Shown: positions 10,861 through 21,298, numbered from the stretch's first letter. The stretch: 64,000 bases of DNA from an uncultured cyanobacterium (GCA_963744145.1 CAVUSO010000001.1:6368001-6432000), one strand, 5' to 3'. Notes: generated by a model not told the origin, from the sequence alone. Program-made: numbers and translations.

Positions 10861-11199
10861 GAGAGTTTAAATGAAAAGTTTGACAGCCGGATGCTGTTTG
10901 GATCGTTTATAGCATTATTACATATAATACTACAAATAACTACAGATCCGATAGTTTATAAATCAGCGCTTCTGAATTAGTGTATTATATTATTCTCGCT
11001 GATCGCAATGGGTCGTGATAAAATCCCTGAATCGTCAGTAGACTTCTACGATAGCTGGGCACATTTAGTCTCTCTGGGACAAAGTAGAGGAGAAATTGTA
11101 ATCTTTAACTGCACTCCACCTAACCAAAGCAGCAATATTGACATAGCAACCAAAGAAATAGCCATCTGTTCATCTACCAAAGCAAAGGTAATCATACCA

Positions 11200-11383
11200 C
11201 AATACGGTTCATTTAAGTGTAGGGGCGAACGCGAGAGCGTGCCATAGGGATCAGCATTCAGACGACAATTGACCATTCAAGTTTTACCCTGAGCGTAGTC
11301 GAAGGGCCGCTAATATTAGATCCGAATGCTTCGCCCAGTTCTTCGCCGATATATCCCAAAATATCCTTAACTGAACTATATTG
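11200..11383. mobile_element. MITE (Nezha-like), 184 bp, with internal REP arms and two nested mini-insertions
   Basis: TIRs CAATACGGTTCATTTAAG / CTTAACTGAACTATATTG; perfect 10-bp TSD AATCATACCA at 11190-11199 and 11384-11393. Confidence 0.85.
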
Positions 11384-11435
11384 AATCATACCAATGATTT
11401 GGAACGAAGCAAATCAAAGCCCCATCAGTGCAAGT

Positions 11436-11879
11436 TTAGCTATCATCGGTAACATTGTCATAGATAAAAACGGGTAATGGCTGTCCGAGAGATAACAAGA
11501 TGCTTTGTGGTAACTTCTCTTCAATCTGCTTCAGCATTGCTTCAAGCTCTACTCTTGGACTGGTTTGTAAACCGAGACATTGTGCAATTCCATTCGCATC
11601 TGTACTCCAGCGCTTACTGAGTTGGATGCGATCGCTCCCAGTTTCAGCAACCAATTCGTAAGAGTGAAACTGCATCGGATCTCCAAGACCTGCCTCTTGA
11701 ATGTGTTCAAAGGAAAATTCACGTTGCATATAATTAATGAGACAATCTTGAACTACCAGGACAAGATGTTTGCTAAGATGCTCAAATGTATGAATTTTGT
11801 GGTCGAGTTGCATCAAGATTGTCTTAGCCGTCATCTTCCAGTTCATCCCAAAACCTTTTCCCGATAGGACATTGGTCAT
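11436..11879 (-). pseudogene. NotI-family restriction endonuclease remnant with a large in-frame internal deletion
   Basis: FGMNWKMTAKTILMQLDHKIHTFEHLSKHLVLVVQD resembles the C-terminal half of NotI-family enzymes but begins at residue 9. The Cys-rich N-terminal region and catalytic core appear to be missing. ATGA overlap with the MTase. Confidence 0.65.
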
Positions 11880-12640
11880 AAAAGTAAACTACATCTTTCA
11901 CGAGCAACAGTCAGATATTCACCTGAGATATCAATTCCAATTGATTTGCGTCCTAGTTGAAATGCAACTAGATTTGTTGTACCTGTACCTGCAAACGGAT
12001 CTAGAACAACACCGACTTGTGGACAGGTAGCTAAAATCGGAATTTTACATAAGTCTTCAGGATAAGGTGCAAAGTGAAGAGATCGTTTTTGGGTATCTTC
12101 CGGTAAGATCTCCCAAACATCACTGGGTTTACTACCATTGGGGTGATATTTGAGAAAATAGAAACCACGTTCAGCTAGTTCACGCGATCGCCCAGAAACC
12201 CTTGCTGAGTCAGAGTGTGTTGTTCGTTGCTGACCCCGAATAATCATCCGAAAGTCAGATATTTTACCAATGCGTACTTCCTCCAAAATTTCAAATAGAG
12301 CTTGAAGAGCATTGATCCGTTCAGAATCACTAAGTGCTGTAGATAATTCAATTTGTCGGCGATAACGCACACCAGAAACACCCGTTGCAGAAACTACAGA
12401 ACCATTGACAACTTTAGCTTGTCTTGGTTTTGAGCGGATTGCATCAACATTATAAAAATAGCGATCTGCTTTGACAAAATGAAAGACGTTTTCATATATA
12501 TTACGGAGTTTATCTTTTGTATTGTCAGGGCTACCTTTTACTTTATTCCAAATGACACTATTATGGCAACATTCTGGGAAAGACAAAAATGTTTGAAAAT
12601 AGTCATTACCATCCCATTTAATCATAAATACCATTTTCAT
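11876..12640 (-). pseudogene. Site-specific DNA methyltransferase (N4-C/N6-A, beta class), 5'-truncated
   Basis: VIWNK, PSDVWEI, HFAPYPEDL, VLDPFAGTGTT (motif I), SIGIDIS; no SPPY/DPPY catalytic motif upstream. Confidence 0.75.
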
Positions 12641-12656
12641 CCGATCCGATCAGCTA

Positions 12657-13661
12657 TCAATTATCTGATGCTATACTATTAACAATATTTGGATTTGCCT
12701 TAGACCGAGGAGAAGCGACGGTTTTGATCGCATTATTCCGAGCATCATAAGCGATTTGCGCTGATTGGAATTGTTGACCGACATAACTCAAAGAATCCGC
12801 TAAATGTTGGTGCCAATAATTCCAACCCACGTCAGAACCAATAATTCCATGTCCTCCTGAAAAAGCATGAAAACTATTATCAATTTTTAGTTGATCAAGC
12901 ACCTTATGAAATTGTTTAGTTTGTTGGAGAAACCGCACATCTGATTTACCTGCGTCTAAGTAAATATGAAGTTGTTTTTGCTCAGATACAGGTAAATTTT
13001 TGACATAATAAAGAGGACTATTTTGGCGTCCACTTGCATCAGTAAAATAACCACTATGACTAAACATGATCGAAAAATGCTCAGGATGATGCAATCCAAT
13101 ATTCAACGCACCCCAACCCCCAGAAGATAACCCACCGATCGCCCAAAAATCTGGATCGGGTAGAGTGCGATATCGAGTTTTCACTAAGCTTACCAGTTCT
13201 TCGCCTAAAGCTGTATCCAGTTTACCATTAGGACCATCAATATATTGGGGGTCAAAAAAGGCACTCGAACCTCGCTGATCGTTACCATCAGGAGTAATAA
13301 TAATACTATCTGGCAGTTTACCTGATGCGTATAGCGTTTGAATCATTGGTAAAGCCGCAGCTTTTTTAAACCAGTCTGTGGTCGTTCCATGACCCCCGTG
13401 CAGCAGAAAAATCACTGGGTAACGTCGCTCTGAGGATTGATCGTAACCAGGGGGTAAAGAAACTGCATAAGTACGTTTTTTCTTTAAAGTTGAACTATAG
13501 TAGGTAACGATCTCAAATTTTAAGTTAGTTTTATGGGCGATCGTATCTGGACCATCAAATTGAGGAGCCCCAGCGATCGAGACATACCAATAACCTGACC
13601 CCATTAACCCTAATAATAAACAGCTCAACAATATCCATATTTTTTTTCTGCTCATAACCAT
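12657..13661 (-). CDS. Putative esterase (alpha/beta hydrolase) with N-terminal signal anchor
   Basis: YAVSLPPGY, YPVIFLLHG, GGLSSGG nucleophile elbow, DAGKSD, GGH. Confidence 0.85.
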   Translation of the reverse strand: MVMSRKKIWILLSCLLLGLMGSGYWYVSIAGAPQFDGPDTIAHKTNLKFEIVTYYSSTLKKKRTYAVSLPPGYDQSSERRYPVIFLLHGGHGTTTDWFKKAAALPMIQTLYASGKLPDSIIITPDGNDQRGSSAFFDPQYIDGPNGKLDTALGEELVSLVKTRYRTLPDPDFWAIGGLSSGGWGALNIGLHHPEHFSIMFSHSGYFTDASGRQNSPLYYVKNLPVSEQKQLHIYLDAGKSDVRFLQQTKQFHKVLDQLKIDNSFHAFSGGHGIIGSDVGWNYWHQHLADSLSYVGQQFQSAQIAYDARNNAIKTVASPRSKANPNIVNSIASDN

Positions 13662-13784
13662 GACCTATAATAGCTCAGGGTTTAATTTGAGGCATTTGCC
13701 TGATTAAAACCAACCTAACTTGATTGGTTGATTCAGTCCCCACTAGATTAATCTTAGATTACAATTTCACTATAATCATTTTTT

Positions 13785-14498
13785 ATGGATATTTTAATCG
13801 TCGAAGATGAACCGGAAATAGCCCAGTTAATTGCTATTGCTTTAGGAAATGAAGGATTTACTTGTCAGATCAGCCAAGATGGCATTACTGCCCTCCGGTT
13901 GTTTCCAGCACTTAAACCAGATATTATCATTTTAGACTTAATGTTGCCAGGTTTAGATGGCCTGGAAGTATGTGCCCGGATTCGTCAAAAACCAGGTCCA
14001 AAAGACCCATATATTTTAATGCTAACTGCCAAAGGTGAGGAAATAGATCGGATTATCGGTTTATCTACTGGTGCTGATGATTATTTAGTGAAACCCTTTA
14101 GTCCCAGAGAGCTAGTTGCGAGGGTGCGAGCTTTGTTACGTCGGAGTTTACGACAAGGTGGACAATCTCAAATTTTTCGGACTCAACACTTCGAGGTGGA
14201 TTTAGATCAGCATCAAGCTTCCCGATTATTAGATCCAGAACAACCTGAACCCTTAGAGTTAACTACCCTGGAATTTAATCTTTTAGCTACTTTTGTGAGT
14301 TATCCCGCTAGAGTCTGGAATCGATCGCAGCTAATCGATAAACTTTGGGGTAATGATTTTTTTGGGGATGAGCGAGTAGTTGATACTCATGTCGCTCGGT
14401 TACGGAAAAAAATCGAACCTGACCCAGCTAATCCCACTTTTATTAAAACGGTGATTGGGGTGGGATATAAATTTGAAGATCCAGTGATGCGTAGCTAA
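13785..14498 (+). CDS. OmpR/PhoB-family response regulator
   Basis: IVEDE, LDLMLPGLDG, GADDYLVKPF, VDTHVARLRKKIE, TVIGVGYKF. Confidence 0.95.
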   Translation: MDILIVEDEPEIAQLIAIALGNEGFTCQISQDGITALRLFPALKPDIIILDLMLPGLDGLEVCARIRQKPGPKDPYILMLTAKGEEIDRIIGLSTGADDYLVKPFSPRELVARVRALLRRSLRQGGQSQIFRTQHFEVDLDQHQASRLLDPEQPEPLELTTLEFNLLATFVSYPARVWNRSQLIDKLWGNDFFGDERVVDTHVARLRKKIEPDPANPTFIKTVIGVGYKFEDPVMRS

Positions 14499-14499
14499 A

Positions 14500-15603
14500 G
14501 TGCCTAAAGTAGATTTGCGATCGCGATTATTTTTCTCTCACCTATTAGTTATGATGGTGGGAGTAAGCAGTTTGGTGGTGATCAGTAAAGTCTCTTTTCC
14601 CCAATTTTTTGTGACTCACCTAGAACAATTAGAAGGTCCGGGTTTTAGTTTACGTTACGCTCGGACTCAATTAGTTCAAGGATTTGAAATTGCTTGGAAT
14701 CGGAGTACATTTTGGTCGGTCATGGTCGGGACTACTGCTGCGGGAGTTTTAAGTTATTGGGTATCACGACGAATTGTTCAACCTTTAACCCAAATGGAAC
14801 AAATTACTAAAAACTTTGCTGCTGGTAACCTAGATGAACGGATGCCCACTTTAGAAATTCCTGAACTGAATCGTCTTGGTGCTAGTTTTAACCGCATGGC
14901 AATTAGTTTAGAAGGAGTCGAACAAAGACGAAGGGAATTAATTAGCGATCTTACCCATGAATTGCGTACACCTTTAACTGTAGTGCGGGGTTATTTAGAA
15001 GAATTATCTGATAGTAGAATTGAAGCAACTCCCCAGATTTATCTGCAATTAGCCAAAGAAACTAGACGTTTAGAAAGGTTAGTGAATGATTTACAAGAAT
15101 TATCAAAAGCTGAAGCTGGTTATTTACCAATCAATCTGCAAAAATTGGATTTACGTCCTTTATTAGAATCATTAATCACCAGGTTTTCTGACCAAATTCT
15201 TGAAGATGGACCAGTCCTCCAATTAGATTGTCCCTCCCAATTACCGCTAGTCTTAGCAGATCTCGATCGCACCGAACAAATTTTAGTTAATCTATTAGGT
15301 AATGCCATCCGTTATACAGAAAGTGGTTCAATTATCATGCGAACTTGGGTAGAACTTAATGGGATACCACCTCGACTTTGGATTGCCGTAATTGATACAG
15401 GACCTGGTATAGCTGAGACAGACTTGCCCAATGTATTTGAGCGTTTTTGGAGAGCTGATCAATCGCGATCGCGACATTCAGGAGGTACAGGAATCGGTTT
15501 AGCCATCTCGCGTCGTTTAGTCGAACTTCAAGGTGGAGCGATTAGCGTAGAAAGTCAATTAGGTCAAGGTAGTACCTTTAAGTTTTACTTACCCTTAGCT
15601 TAA
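14500..15603 (+). CDS. Sensor histidine kinase (2 TM, HAMP, HisKA, HATPase)
   Basis: HELRTPL H-box, NLLGNA, DTGPGI, FERFWR, GGTGIGL; cotranscribed with the response regulator. Confidence 0.95.
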   Translation: MPKVDLRSRLFFSHLLVMMVGVSSLVVISKVSFPQFFVTHLEQLEGPGFSLRYARTQLVQGFEIAWNRSTFWSVMVGTTAAGVLSYWVSRRIVQPLTQMEQITKNFAAGNLDERMPTLEIPELNRLGASFNRMAISLEGVEQRRRELISDLTHELRTPLTVVRGYLEELSDSRIEATPQIYLQLAKETRRLERLVNDLQELSKAEAGYLPINLQKLDLRPLLESLITRFSDQILEDGPVLQLDCPSQLPLVLADLDRTEQILVNLLGNAIRYTESGSIIMRTWVELNGIPPRLWIAVIDTGPGIAETDLPNVFERFWRADQSRSRHSGGTGIGLAISRRLVELQGGAISVESQLGQGSTFKFYLPLA

Positions 15604-15607
15604 CAAT

Positions 15608-15648
15608 TTGTCTCAACATCGTCATCAGCTAGTCACAAATTTGTCATC
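15608..15648 (+). promoter_or_regulatory. Four tandem OmpR/PhoB-type boxes with exact 11-bp period
   Basis: GTC cores at 15610, 15621, 15632 and 15643 (TTGTCTCA, TCGTCATC, TAGTCACA, TTGTCATC). Confidence 0.6.
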
Positions 15649-15696
15649 CTAAAAATTTAATCTGAGATTACCAAAAATTTATTCTTTATTTTCCTG

Positions 15697-15798
15697 ATGA
15701 TTACTTATGGAATCGCCCTATTTTTAGTGATTTTCTTGATTGGTTCTGGATTTGCCGCGATCGCCTATCTATTTCCAGATCATCACCATCAAGATTAA
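15697..15798 (+). CDS. Unannotated 33-aa single-pass membrane peptide with His-rich tail
   Basis: MITYGIALFLVIFLIGSGFAAIAYLFPDHHHQD*; below the ORF-track size cutoff; lies downstream of the phased boxes. Confidence 0.6.
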   Translation: MITYGIALFLVIFLIGSGFAAIAYLFPDHHHQD

Positions 15799-15850
15799 CT
15801 GATTTGCTGATCCCCAAGTAGGGGCAATTTTCCCCTACTTGTACTGATCA

Positions 15851-17176
15851 TTATTGTTCTTGACTCGTAGGAAAAGCCCCAGGATGGACAGCCAAACTCA
15901 CACTTTGACCCTTACGACGTAACTCAACTTGCATATTACTACCAACTTGAGTTTGTTCTACTGCTTGCTGGACATTACCCGCATCACTGACACCTTGACC
16001 ATTAATTTTTTGAATCACATCACCCGCACGTACACCAGCTTTGGCTGCGGGAGAATTGGGGATTACTTTCACCACCAAAACCCCTTTCTCCTCATCAACT
16101 GTCAACCCACTATTTGGATTACTATTAATACTTTGTTTCAATTCTGGTGTCAAAGTCACCATCTGAATTCCTAGATAAGGATGATCAACTTTACCAGTTT
16201 TAACTAATTGATCAGCAATCCGTTGAGCAGTATTAATCGGAATCGCAAACCCTAATCCTTGAGCACCTTGAATAATCGCTGTATTCATCCCAATCACTTC
16301 TCCGGAAGCATTTAGGAGAGGTCCGCCAGAATTACCCGGATTAATTGCTGCATCAGTTTGAATAAAGTTGACTCGTTTATCAGGAACACCAACTTGAGAA
16401 CTAGAACGACCAGTGGCGCTAATAATTCCCATTGTCACACTATTATCTAATCCCAAAGGATTACCGATCGCGATCGCCCATTCTCCTGGTTTCAGTTGAT
16501 CTGAATTACCCAAGGTCACAGTGGGCAGATTTCCAGCGTCAATTTTCACCACAGCTACATCGGTAACCGGATCTACCCCTAACACTTTACCTTTAAAAGT
16601 GCGACCATCTTTGAGAATCACACTGACTGTATCTGTGCCATTCACCACATGAGCATTAGTGAGAATATCACCATTAGTATTGAGAATAAAACCAGAGCCA
16701 GTACCTTTTTCTACTCTAGTAGAAGGTCGATCGGGAATTTGCTCCCCAAAAAACCTGCGAAAGAAAGGATCATTAAATACATCAGGTACCTCGCTCGTCA
16801 CAGTGCGAGAAGAGTCAATCCGGACTACCGCAGGTCCAACTTTATCCACTACAGCAGTAACAAAGTTACTATTATCAGCAGTGATTGGTACTTTTGCTTG
16901 TAAAGTTGGAGTGACAGCTTGGCTGAGAACATTTTGGGAATTACGGGCCAAAGTTGACGGGGCATTTTGGGCAAGTAAATATTGTCCCGAAAATGCTGCT
17001 CCAGCACCCAGCAAGATTAAGGTGATTGAGGTCGCGATTTTGGGCCAAGGGGAAAAGCCATTATATCTTGGGGCTGAAGAGTTAGATATGAGGTCTTTTG
17101 GTTCCCTTGGATCATGATTTAAGTCGTTTTCTTGGATTCGCATTTTGATTACCCTTAGCCAGAGTGTTATCACCAA
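15851..17176 (-). CDS. HtrA/Deg serine protease with PDZ domain (HhoA/HhoB/HtrA group); start more likely 17143
   Basis: GTGSGF, LTNAHVV, TDVAV, QTDAAINPGNSGGPL, C-terminal PDZ. Confidence 0.95.
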   Translation of the reverse strand: MVITLWLRVIKMRIQENDLNHDPREPKDLISNSSAPRYNGFSPWPKIATSITLILLGAGAAFSGQYLLAQNAPSTLARNSQNVLSQAVTPTLQAKVPITADNSNFVTAVVDKVGPAVVRIDSSRTVTSEVPDVFNDPFFRRFFGEQIPDRPSTRVEKGTGSGFILNTNGDILTNAHVVNGTDTVSVILKDGRTFKGKVLGVDPVTDVAVVKIDAGNLPTVTLGNSDQLKPGEWAIAIGNPLGLDNSVTMGIISATGRSSSQVGVPDKRVNFIQTDAAINPGNSGGPLLNASGEVIGMNTAIIQGAQGLGFAIPINTAQRIADQLVKTGKVDHPYLGIQMVTLTPELKQSINSNPNSGLTVDEEKGVLVVKVIPNSPAAKAGVRAGDVIQKINGQGVSDAGNVQQAVEQTQVGSNMQVELRRKGQSVSLAVHPGAFPTSQEQ

Positions 17177-17225
17177 GCATTAGCTTGATGATTACTAGTG
17201 TATATCTTTCAATTTAGACTTTATA

Positions 17226-17253
17226 TATGAAGCTTGTGTGGCAGGATTGTCAC
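17226..17253 (-). promoter_or_regulatory. Possible 11-bp-phased OmpR-type boxes upstream of htrA
   Basis: Minus-strand GTGACA, GCCACA, TTCATA spaced 11 bp apart; degenerate. Confidence 0.35.
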
Positions 17254-17413
17254 GGTTAAATGAAAATATTTAATTGGCAAATTCAGAGATTTTCAGCTAA
17301 ATCTTATAATTTGATCAGGACTAATTCAGGATCATCGCTGAGGATGATGGTGTAGCTGGATATTCTTTTCAGACTTTGATGAGCTGGTAAATCAAGACTG
17401 GATCGCGCATATT

Positions 17414-17908
17414 ATGAAAAAAAGACATTTTTTACAAACTGGCACCGCCATGGTTGGTACAGTCTGGCTATCATCTTCTTTACCTTGGAGATCAATACTG
17501 ATGGCAAGTTCAAGTAATGAGTTTGAGTATACTAAATCTGAAGCAGAGTGGCGTCAAATTTTGACCCCAGAACAATTTGCTGTGTTACGTAAACATGGTA
17601 CTGAACGGGCTCATACCAGTCCCCTTGATCAAGAGGATGATCCGGGTACTTATGTATGTGCTGGTTGTGGTTTACCTTTATTTACATCCACAACTAAATA
17701 TCACAGTGGCACGGGATGGCCTAGCTTTTTTACGACCATTCCTGGTAATGTAGATGAATCGATCGATACATCTTTCTTTATGAGAAGAGTTGAAGTTCAT
17801 TGTCATCGCTGTGGTGGACATCTAGGTCATGTGTTTGATGATGGTCCAGCTCCCACTGGTAAGCGTTATTGTATTAATGGTGTATCCTTAAAATTTGTCC
17901 CTGCTTGA
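17414..17908 (+). CDS. msrB: Peptide methionine (R)-sulfoxide reductase
   Basis: HGTERA, CAGC, KYHSGTGWPSF, CHRCGGHLGHVFDDGP, RYCING. Confidence 0.95.
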   Translation: MKKRHFLQTGTAMVGTVWLSSSLPWRSILMASSSNEFEYTKSEAEWRQILTPEQFAVLRKHGTERAHTSPLDQEDDPGTYVCAGCGLPLFTSTTKYHSGTGWPSFFTTIPGNVDESIDTSFFMRRVEVHCHRCGGHLGHVFDDGPAPTGKRYCINGVSLKFVPA

Positions 17909-17984
17909 TCAGCATTTGATTAGACCAGAAAGCTAAAATAACTAAAATAGACCAGATGTCTGTCCCCCAAAAGTCTTTTTTGTT

Positions 17985-18007
17985 GTGGGACGGGCATCTT
18001 GCCCGTC
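17985..18007. repeat. REP-like palindrome (GTGGGACGGGCATCTTGCCCGTC family)
   Basis: Hairpin; further copies at 39791-39854 (inverted pair) and about 58941-58960. Confidence 0.7.
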
Positions 18008-18191
18008 GTTGTCCAATAAATTACTCAACCTGACCTTGTGTAAATTAAAATGATGGATTTTAGTTCAGCATTACCTACTTTTGTCATTACCCTACGTGAA
18101 GGTGTCGAAGCTGCGTTAGTGGTAGGAATTGTGTTAGCTTGTTTAAAAAAAGCACAGCAAAGTCACCTCAATTCCTGGGTTTATACTGGGG

Positions 18192-19648
18192 CAGGGTAAG
18201 AGCATCTCAATTAGGCTTGACACAAGGATTAAGAAGGATCTAATGTAGACTCAGAGAAACAAGAAAGGAGGATTTGGAGCATATAATTATTATCCATAGC
18301 AGCGCGTTTACTTTTCTGGCGTAAACTGCGTTTGTAAGTTGACTCGCGATTAAGAGCGTTGAGAGCTAATCGTCTGAGCAGAGAAAAGTTACGAGGACTG
18401 TGAAAAGAACGAATGCGACAGCTATCTTCAAAAAAAGTACAATCTAAAGTCCAGTGTGCAGAATTTTCGATTTCCCAATGTTGACGAATAGCTCGACCTA
18501 TGAATTCAGCATTGTTGTCTAAAGAAGTAAGATAGTATTGAGTCTCGCAAGTAGTTTTGTTCCAAAGATGACGGATACGATGAATGATGACAATACTTTT
18601 TAAACCTGCCCATAATTTGGGTTGGTAAAGGTCAGGAATGGCCGTAATAGGGAGCACCCAAACTTCACGAATTTCCACCCGATGATGCCCTTTCTCAATC
18701 CGTTTGTCATGAGTGAAATCAATTCCTGAAAAATTATTTTTCTGTGCAGTTTGGAAGAATTGTTGTACCTGATTATGTAAAGTTGGATGATTGGCTTTAA
18801 GTGTCAGAATATAATCAGCTTTTTTATCAATAATCTTTTGAGCAATTTCGGTTTGGGTCCCCATCGCATCAATAGTAATAATTGAGCCAGCGATATCAAG
18901 TAACTCTAGTAATGCTGGAATAGCTGTAATTTCATTGGATTTATCTTGGACTTTCATTTGTGCTAAAACTAATCGTTGTTCACTAGCCCACGCACTAATC
19001 AAATGTAATGCTGATTGTCCTTGATTTCGGTCATAGGAACCTCTGACAGTCTTCCCATCTATGGCAATTACTTCTCCTCCCATTTGAGTAACTAAGGTGT
19101 TTACCCAAGCTTGAAAACATTGCTCCAATTGGTTGGGGTTAATACTTTCAAATACTCGACGAAAGGTATCATCTGAGGGAATACCATTGGGTAATTCTAA
19201 AAACTCTTCTAGCCAAATTTGTTTACTAATCCCATAATTCTCAATGTCTTCCCAGCCTTGTGCTCCAGCTATTATGGCCAGAATTGCCATCACTAAAATG
19301 TCTATCAATAAGTGTTTTTTTGTTCGGTTTACTCTCGGGTCTTCAACATCTTCAAAATGCTTGACTAAACTCTGTTGTATTTCCATCAAGTCAGCTACTA
19401 CTTGGTTTTTCCTAGCAGAATGGGAGTTTTGTTTAGCATTAGCTATATTGATATCGAACCCTTGAGACATTTGAATATTCCTGGAGATTATGAGTTGGAC
19501 GGTATAGTTTTTCACCTACCACTCTCTATGCTCTTTTGTCAACTATTTTCTCTACCAGATTTGTGATGTTCTGATCTCGATGGCTATATTTCATATTTGA
19601 TGAAAATATTCTGTATCCTCGGTGACAAAATTAGATGCGCTAACCCTG
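18192..19648 (-). mobile_element. ISAs1-family insertion sequence
   Basis: TIRs CAGGGTAAGAGCATCT / AGATGCGCTAACCCTG; 10-bp TSD TATACTGGGG at 18182-18191 and 19649-19658. Confidence 0.95.
18229..19515 (-). CDS. ISAs1-family transposase (intact ORF)
   Basis: DPR, GIPSDDTFRRVF, AIDGK, KSNEITAIP, TIDAMG, LKANH, HWEIEN, HWTLD. Confidence 0.95.
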   Translation of the reverse strand: MKNYTVQLIISRNIQMSQGFDINIANAKQNSHSARKNQVVADLMEIQQSLVKHFEDVEDPRVNRTKKHLLIDILVMAILAIIAGAQGWEDIENYGISKQIWLEEFLELPNGIPSDDTFRRVFESINPNQLEQCFQAWVNTLVTQMGGEVIAIDGKTVRGSYDRNQGQSALHLISAWASEQRLVLAQMKVQDKSNEITAIPALLELLDIAGSIITIDAMGTQTEIAQKIIDKKADYILTLKANHPTLHNQVQQFFQTAQKNNFSGIDFTHDKRIEKGHHRVEIREVWVLPITAIPDLYQPKLWAGLKSIVIIHRIRHLWNKTTCETQYYLTSLDNNAEFIGRAIRQHWEIENSAHWTLDCTFFEDSCRIRSFHSPRNFSLLRRLALNALNRESTYKRSLRQKSKRAAMDNNYMLQILLSCFSESTLDPS

Positions 19649-20483
19649 TATACTGGGGTGGGTTTGGGAATTTTAATTAGTGCGATCGTCGGGATATTAT
19701 TGACTGGAATAATTCAAGGGTTAAGCATATCAAACCCAGAATATGCATCCATAATTAAACCTTTAATGGAAGCAATGTTTGGAGTAATTGCGATCGCGAT
19801 GTTGAGTTGGATGTTAATTTGGATGACTCAGCAAGCGCAATTCTTAAAACAGGAAGTTGAAGGTGCCGTCACTACTACCCTAAAAACAAATAATAGTGCT
19901 GCTTGGGGAGTATTTATTTTAGTTTTAATTGCGGTATTACGGGAAGGATTTGAAACAGTTTTGTTTATTCTCGCTCAATTTCAGTCAGGGTTAATGCCAG
20001 TTTTTGGCGCTATTGCTGGACTGGTAGTCGCGATCGCGATCGGAATAGCTTTGTTTCAATTAGGTGTAAAAATTAATATCCGTCTCTTTTTCCAAATTAT
20101 GGGGGTTTTACTACTATTAATTGTTTCAGGTTTAGTGATTTCAGCTTTGGGAGATTTTGATGTAGCTGGGAGGAATTTATCGCAAATAAGTCCGGAATTA
20201 AGTATTTGTTTTAAATCTGAACAACTAAGTGCAATTTCTTCCTGTATTTTAGGTCCTTTGGTTTGGAATGTTCACGAGATATTACCAGATAAACAGTTTC
20301 CTGGGATTATTTTGAAAACCCTTTTTGGCTACAAAGATAAGCTCTATTTAGTGCAAGCAGTAAGTTATTTGTTGGTTTTAGTTACTATTGGTACTATTTA
20401 TTTTCAAAGTCTCGGTGGAGGAATATTGACAAAAGCAGAAAACTCGACTATCAATCGCACTTAATTGAGGAAAATATTCAGCA

Positions 20484-21284
20484 ATGTCACTAGCAACAAT
20501 TCAGCAGTTATTTATTTATCCAGTTAAAGGGTTAACACCCCAAGAAATTAGCGATCGCGTCGTTTTAAAAGCTGGATTTGGGATTCCGGGCGATCGCGCT
20601 TTTGCTTTAATGTATCAAGATGCTGATCATCAATCTGAATCCCTAGATTTAACTCCCTGGATGAGTAAAAATAACTTTGCTGTCCAAAATGATTGGCCCG
20701 GTTTAGCCCAGTTAGATTGTCAATATGATGTCGAAAGGAAAACTCTAACCATTAAAAAACAAGGAATAGAGTTATTGGTTGCACCCACAAATACCATAAA
20801 CGGACGCGATTGGATTGGTGCTTTTTTCACTGGTTATTTAGCATCATTAACACCAACAGAAGGAGCAAGACATCCTCACCAAGCAGCTTTACATTTAGTC
20901 GGTACGGATACAGGTGAAACTCGTTATCCCGATCGCGAACCAGTACATATTTCTTTAGTTAGTCAAGCAACTATTGACAAAATTAGCGAAGTATGCTCAA
21001 GCGTGGTTGATGTCCGACGTTTTCGTCCTAATATTATTTTAACTGGGATATCGGCTTGGGAAGAATTTAATTGGATCGGTCAAGAATTGATGATTGGTAA
21101 GGTGAAAATAGCGATCGCCGCACCAATTGGCAGATGTTTAAATATTGAAGTCAATCCGGATACAGGCGATCGAGATTTACCTTTATTTACACTACTGAAA
21201 GAAAAGTTTGGTCATCAAAAAACTGGTATTCTGGCTAAAGTTATTACTGATGGTAGCGTTGGGATTGGCGATCAGTTAACTTGA
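20484..21284 (+). CDS. MOSC domain protein
   Basis: LFIYPVKG, GDRAFAL, RRFRPNI, RC motif. Confidence 0.9.
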   Translation: MSLATIQQLFIYPVKGLTPQEISDRVVLKAGFGIPGDRAFALMYQDADHQSESLDLTPWMSKNNFAVQNDWPGLAQLDCQYDVERKTLTIKKQGIELLVAPTNTINGRDWIGAFFTGYLASLTPTEGARHPHQAALHLVGTDTGETRYPDREPVHISLVSQATIDKISEVCSSVVDVRRFRPNIILTGISAWEEFNWIGQELMIGKVKIAIAAPIGRCLNIEVNPDTGDRDLPLFTLLKEKFGHQKTGILAKVITDGSVGIGDQLT

Positions 21285-21298
21285 GGGATCTCATCAGT

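Larger units (their letters stand above)
18050..20464 (+). pseudogene. FTR1-family iron permease split by ISAs1 (18050-18191 joined to 19659-20464)
   Basis: 5' piece MMDFSSALPTFVITLREGVEAALVVG...SWVYTG continues in frame into VGLGILISA... once the IS and one TSD are removed; second REGFE motif lies in the 3' piece. Confidence 0.9.

Noticed and set aside
11008..11276. Overlapping short ORFs on both strands
   Set aside because: Both run into the MITE; no recognisable family; neither can be supported.
16659..17117. 152-aa plus-strand ORF and other short ORFs inside long genes
   Set aside because: Antisense or out-of-frame shadows of well-supported CDSs.
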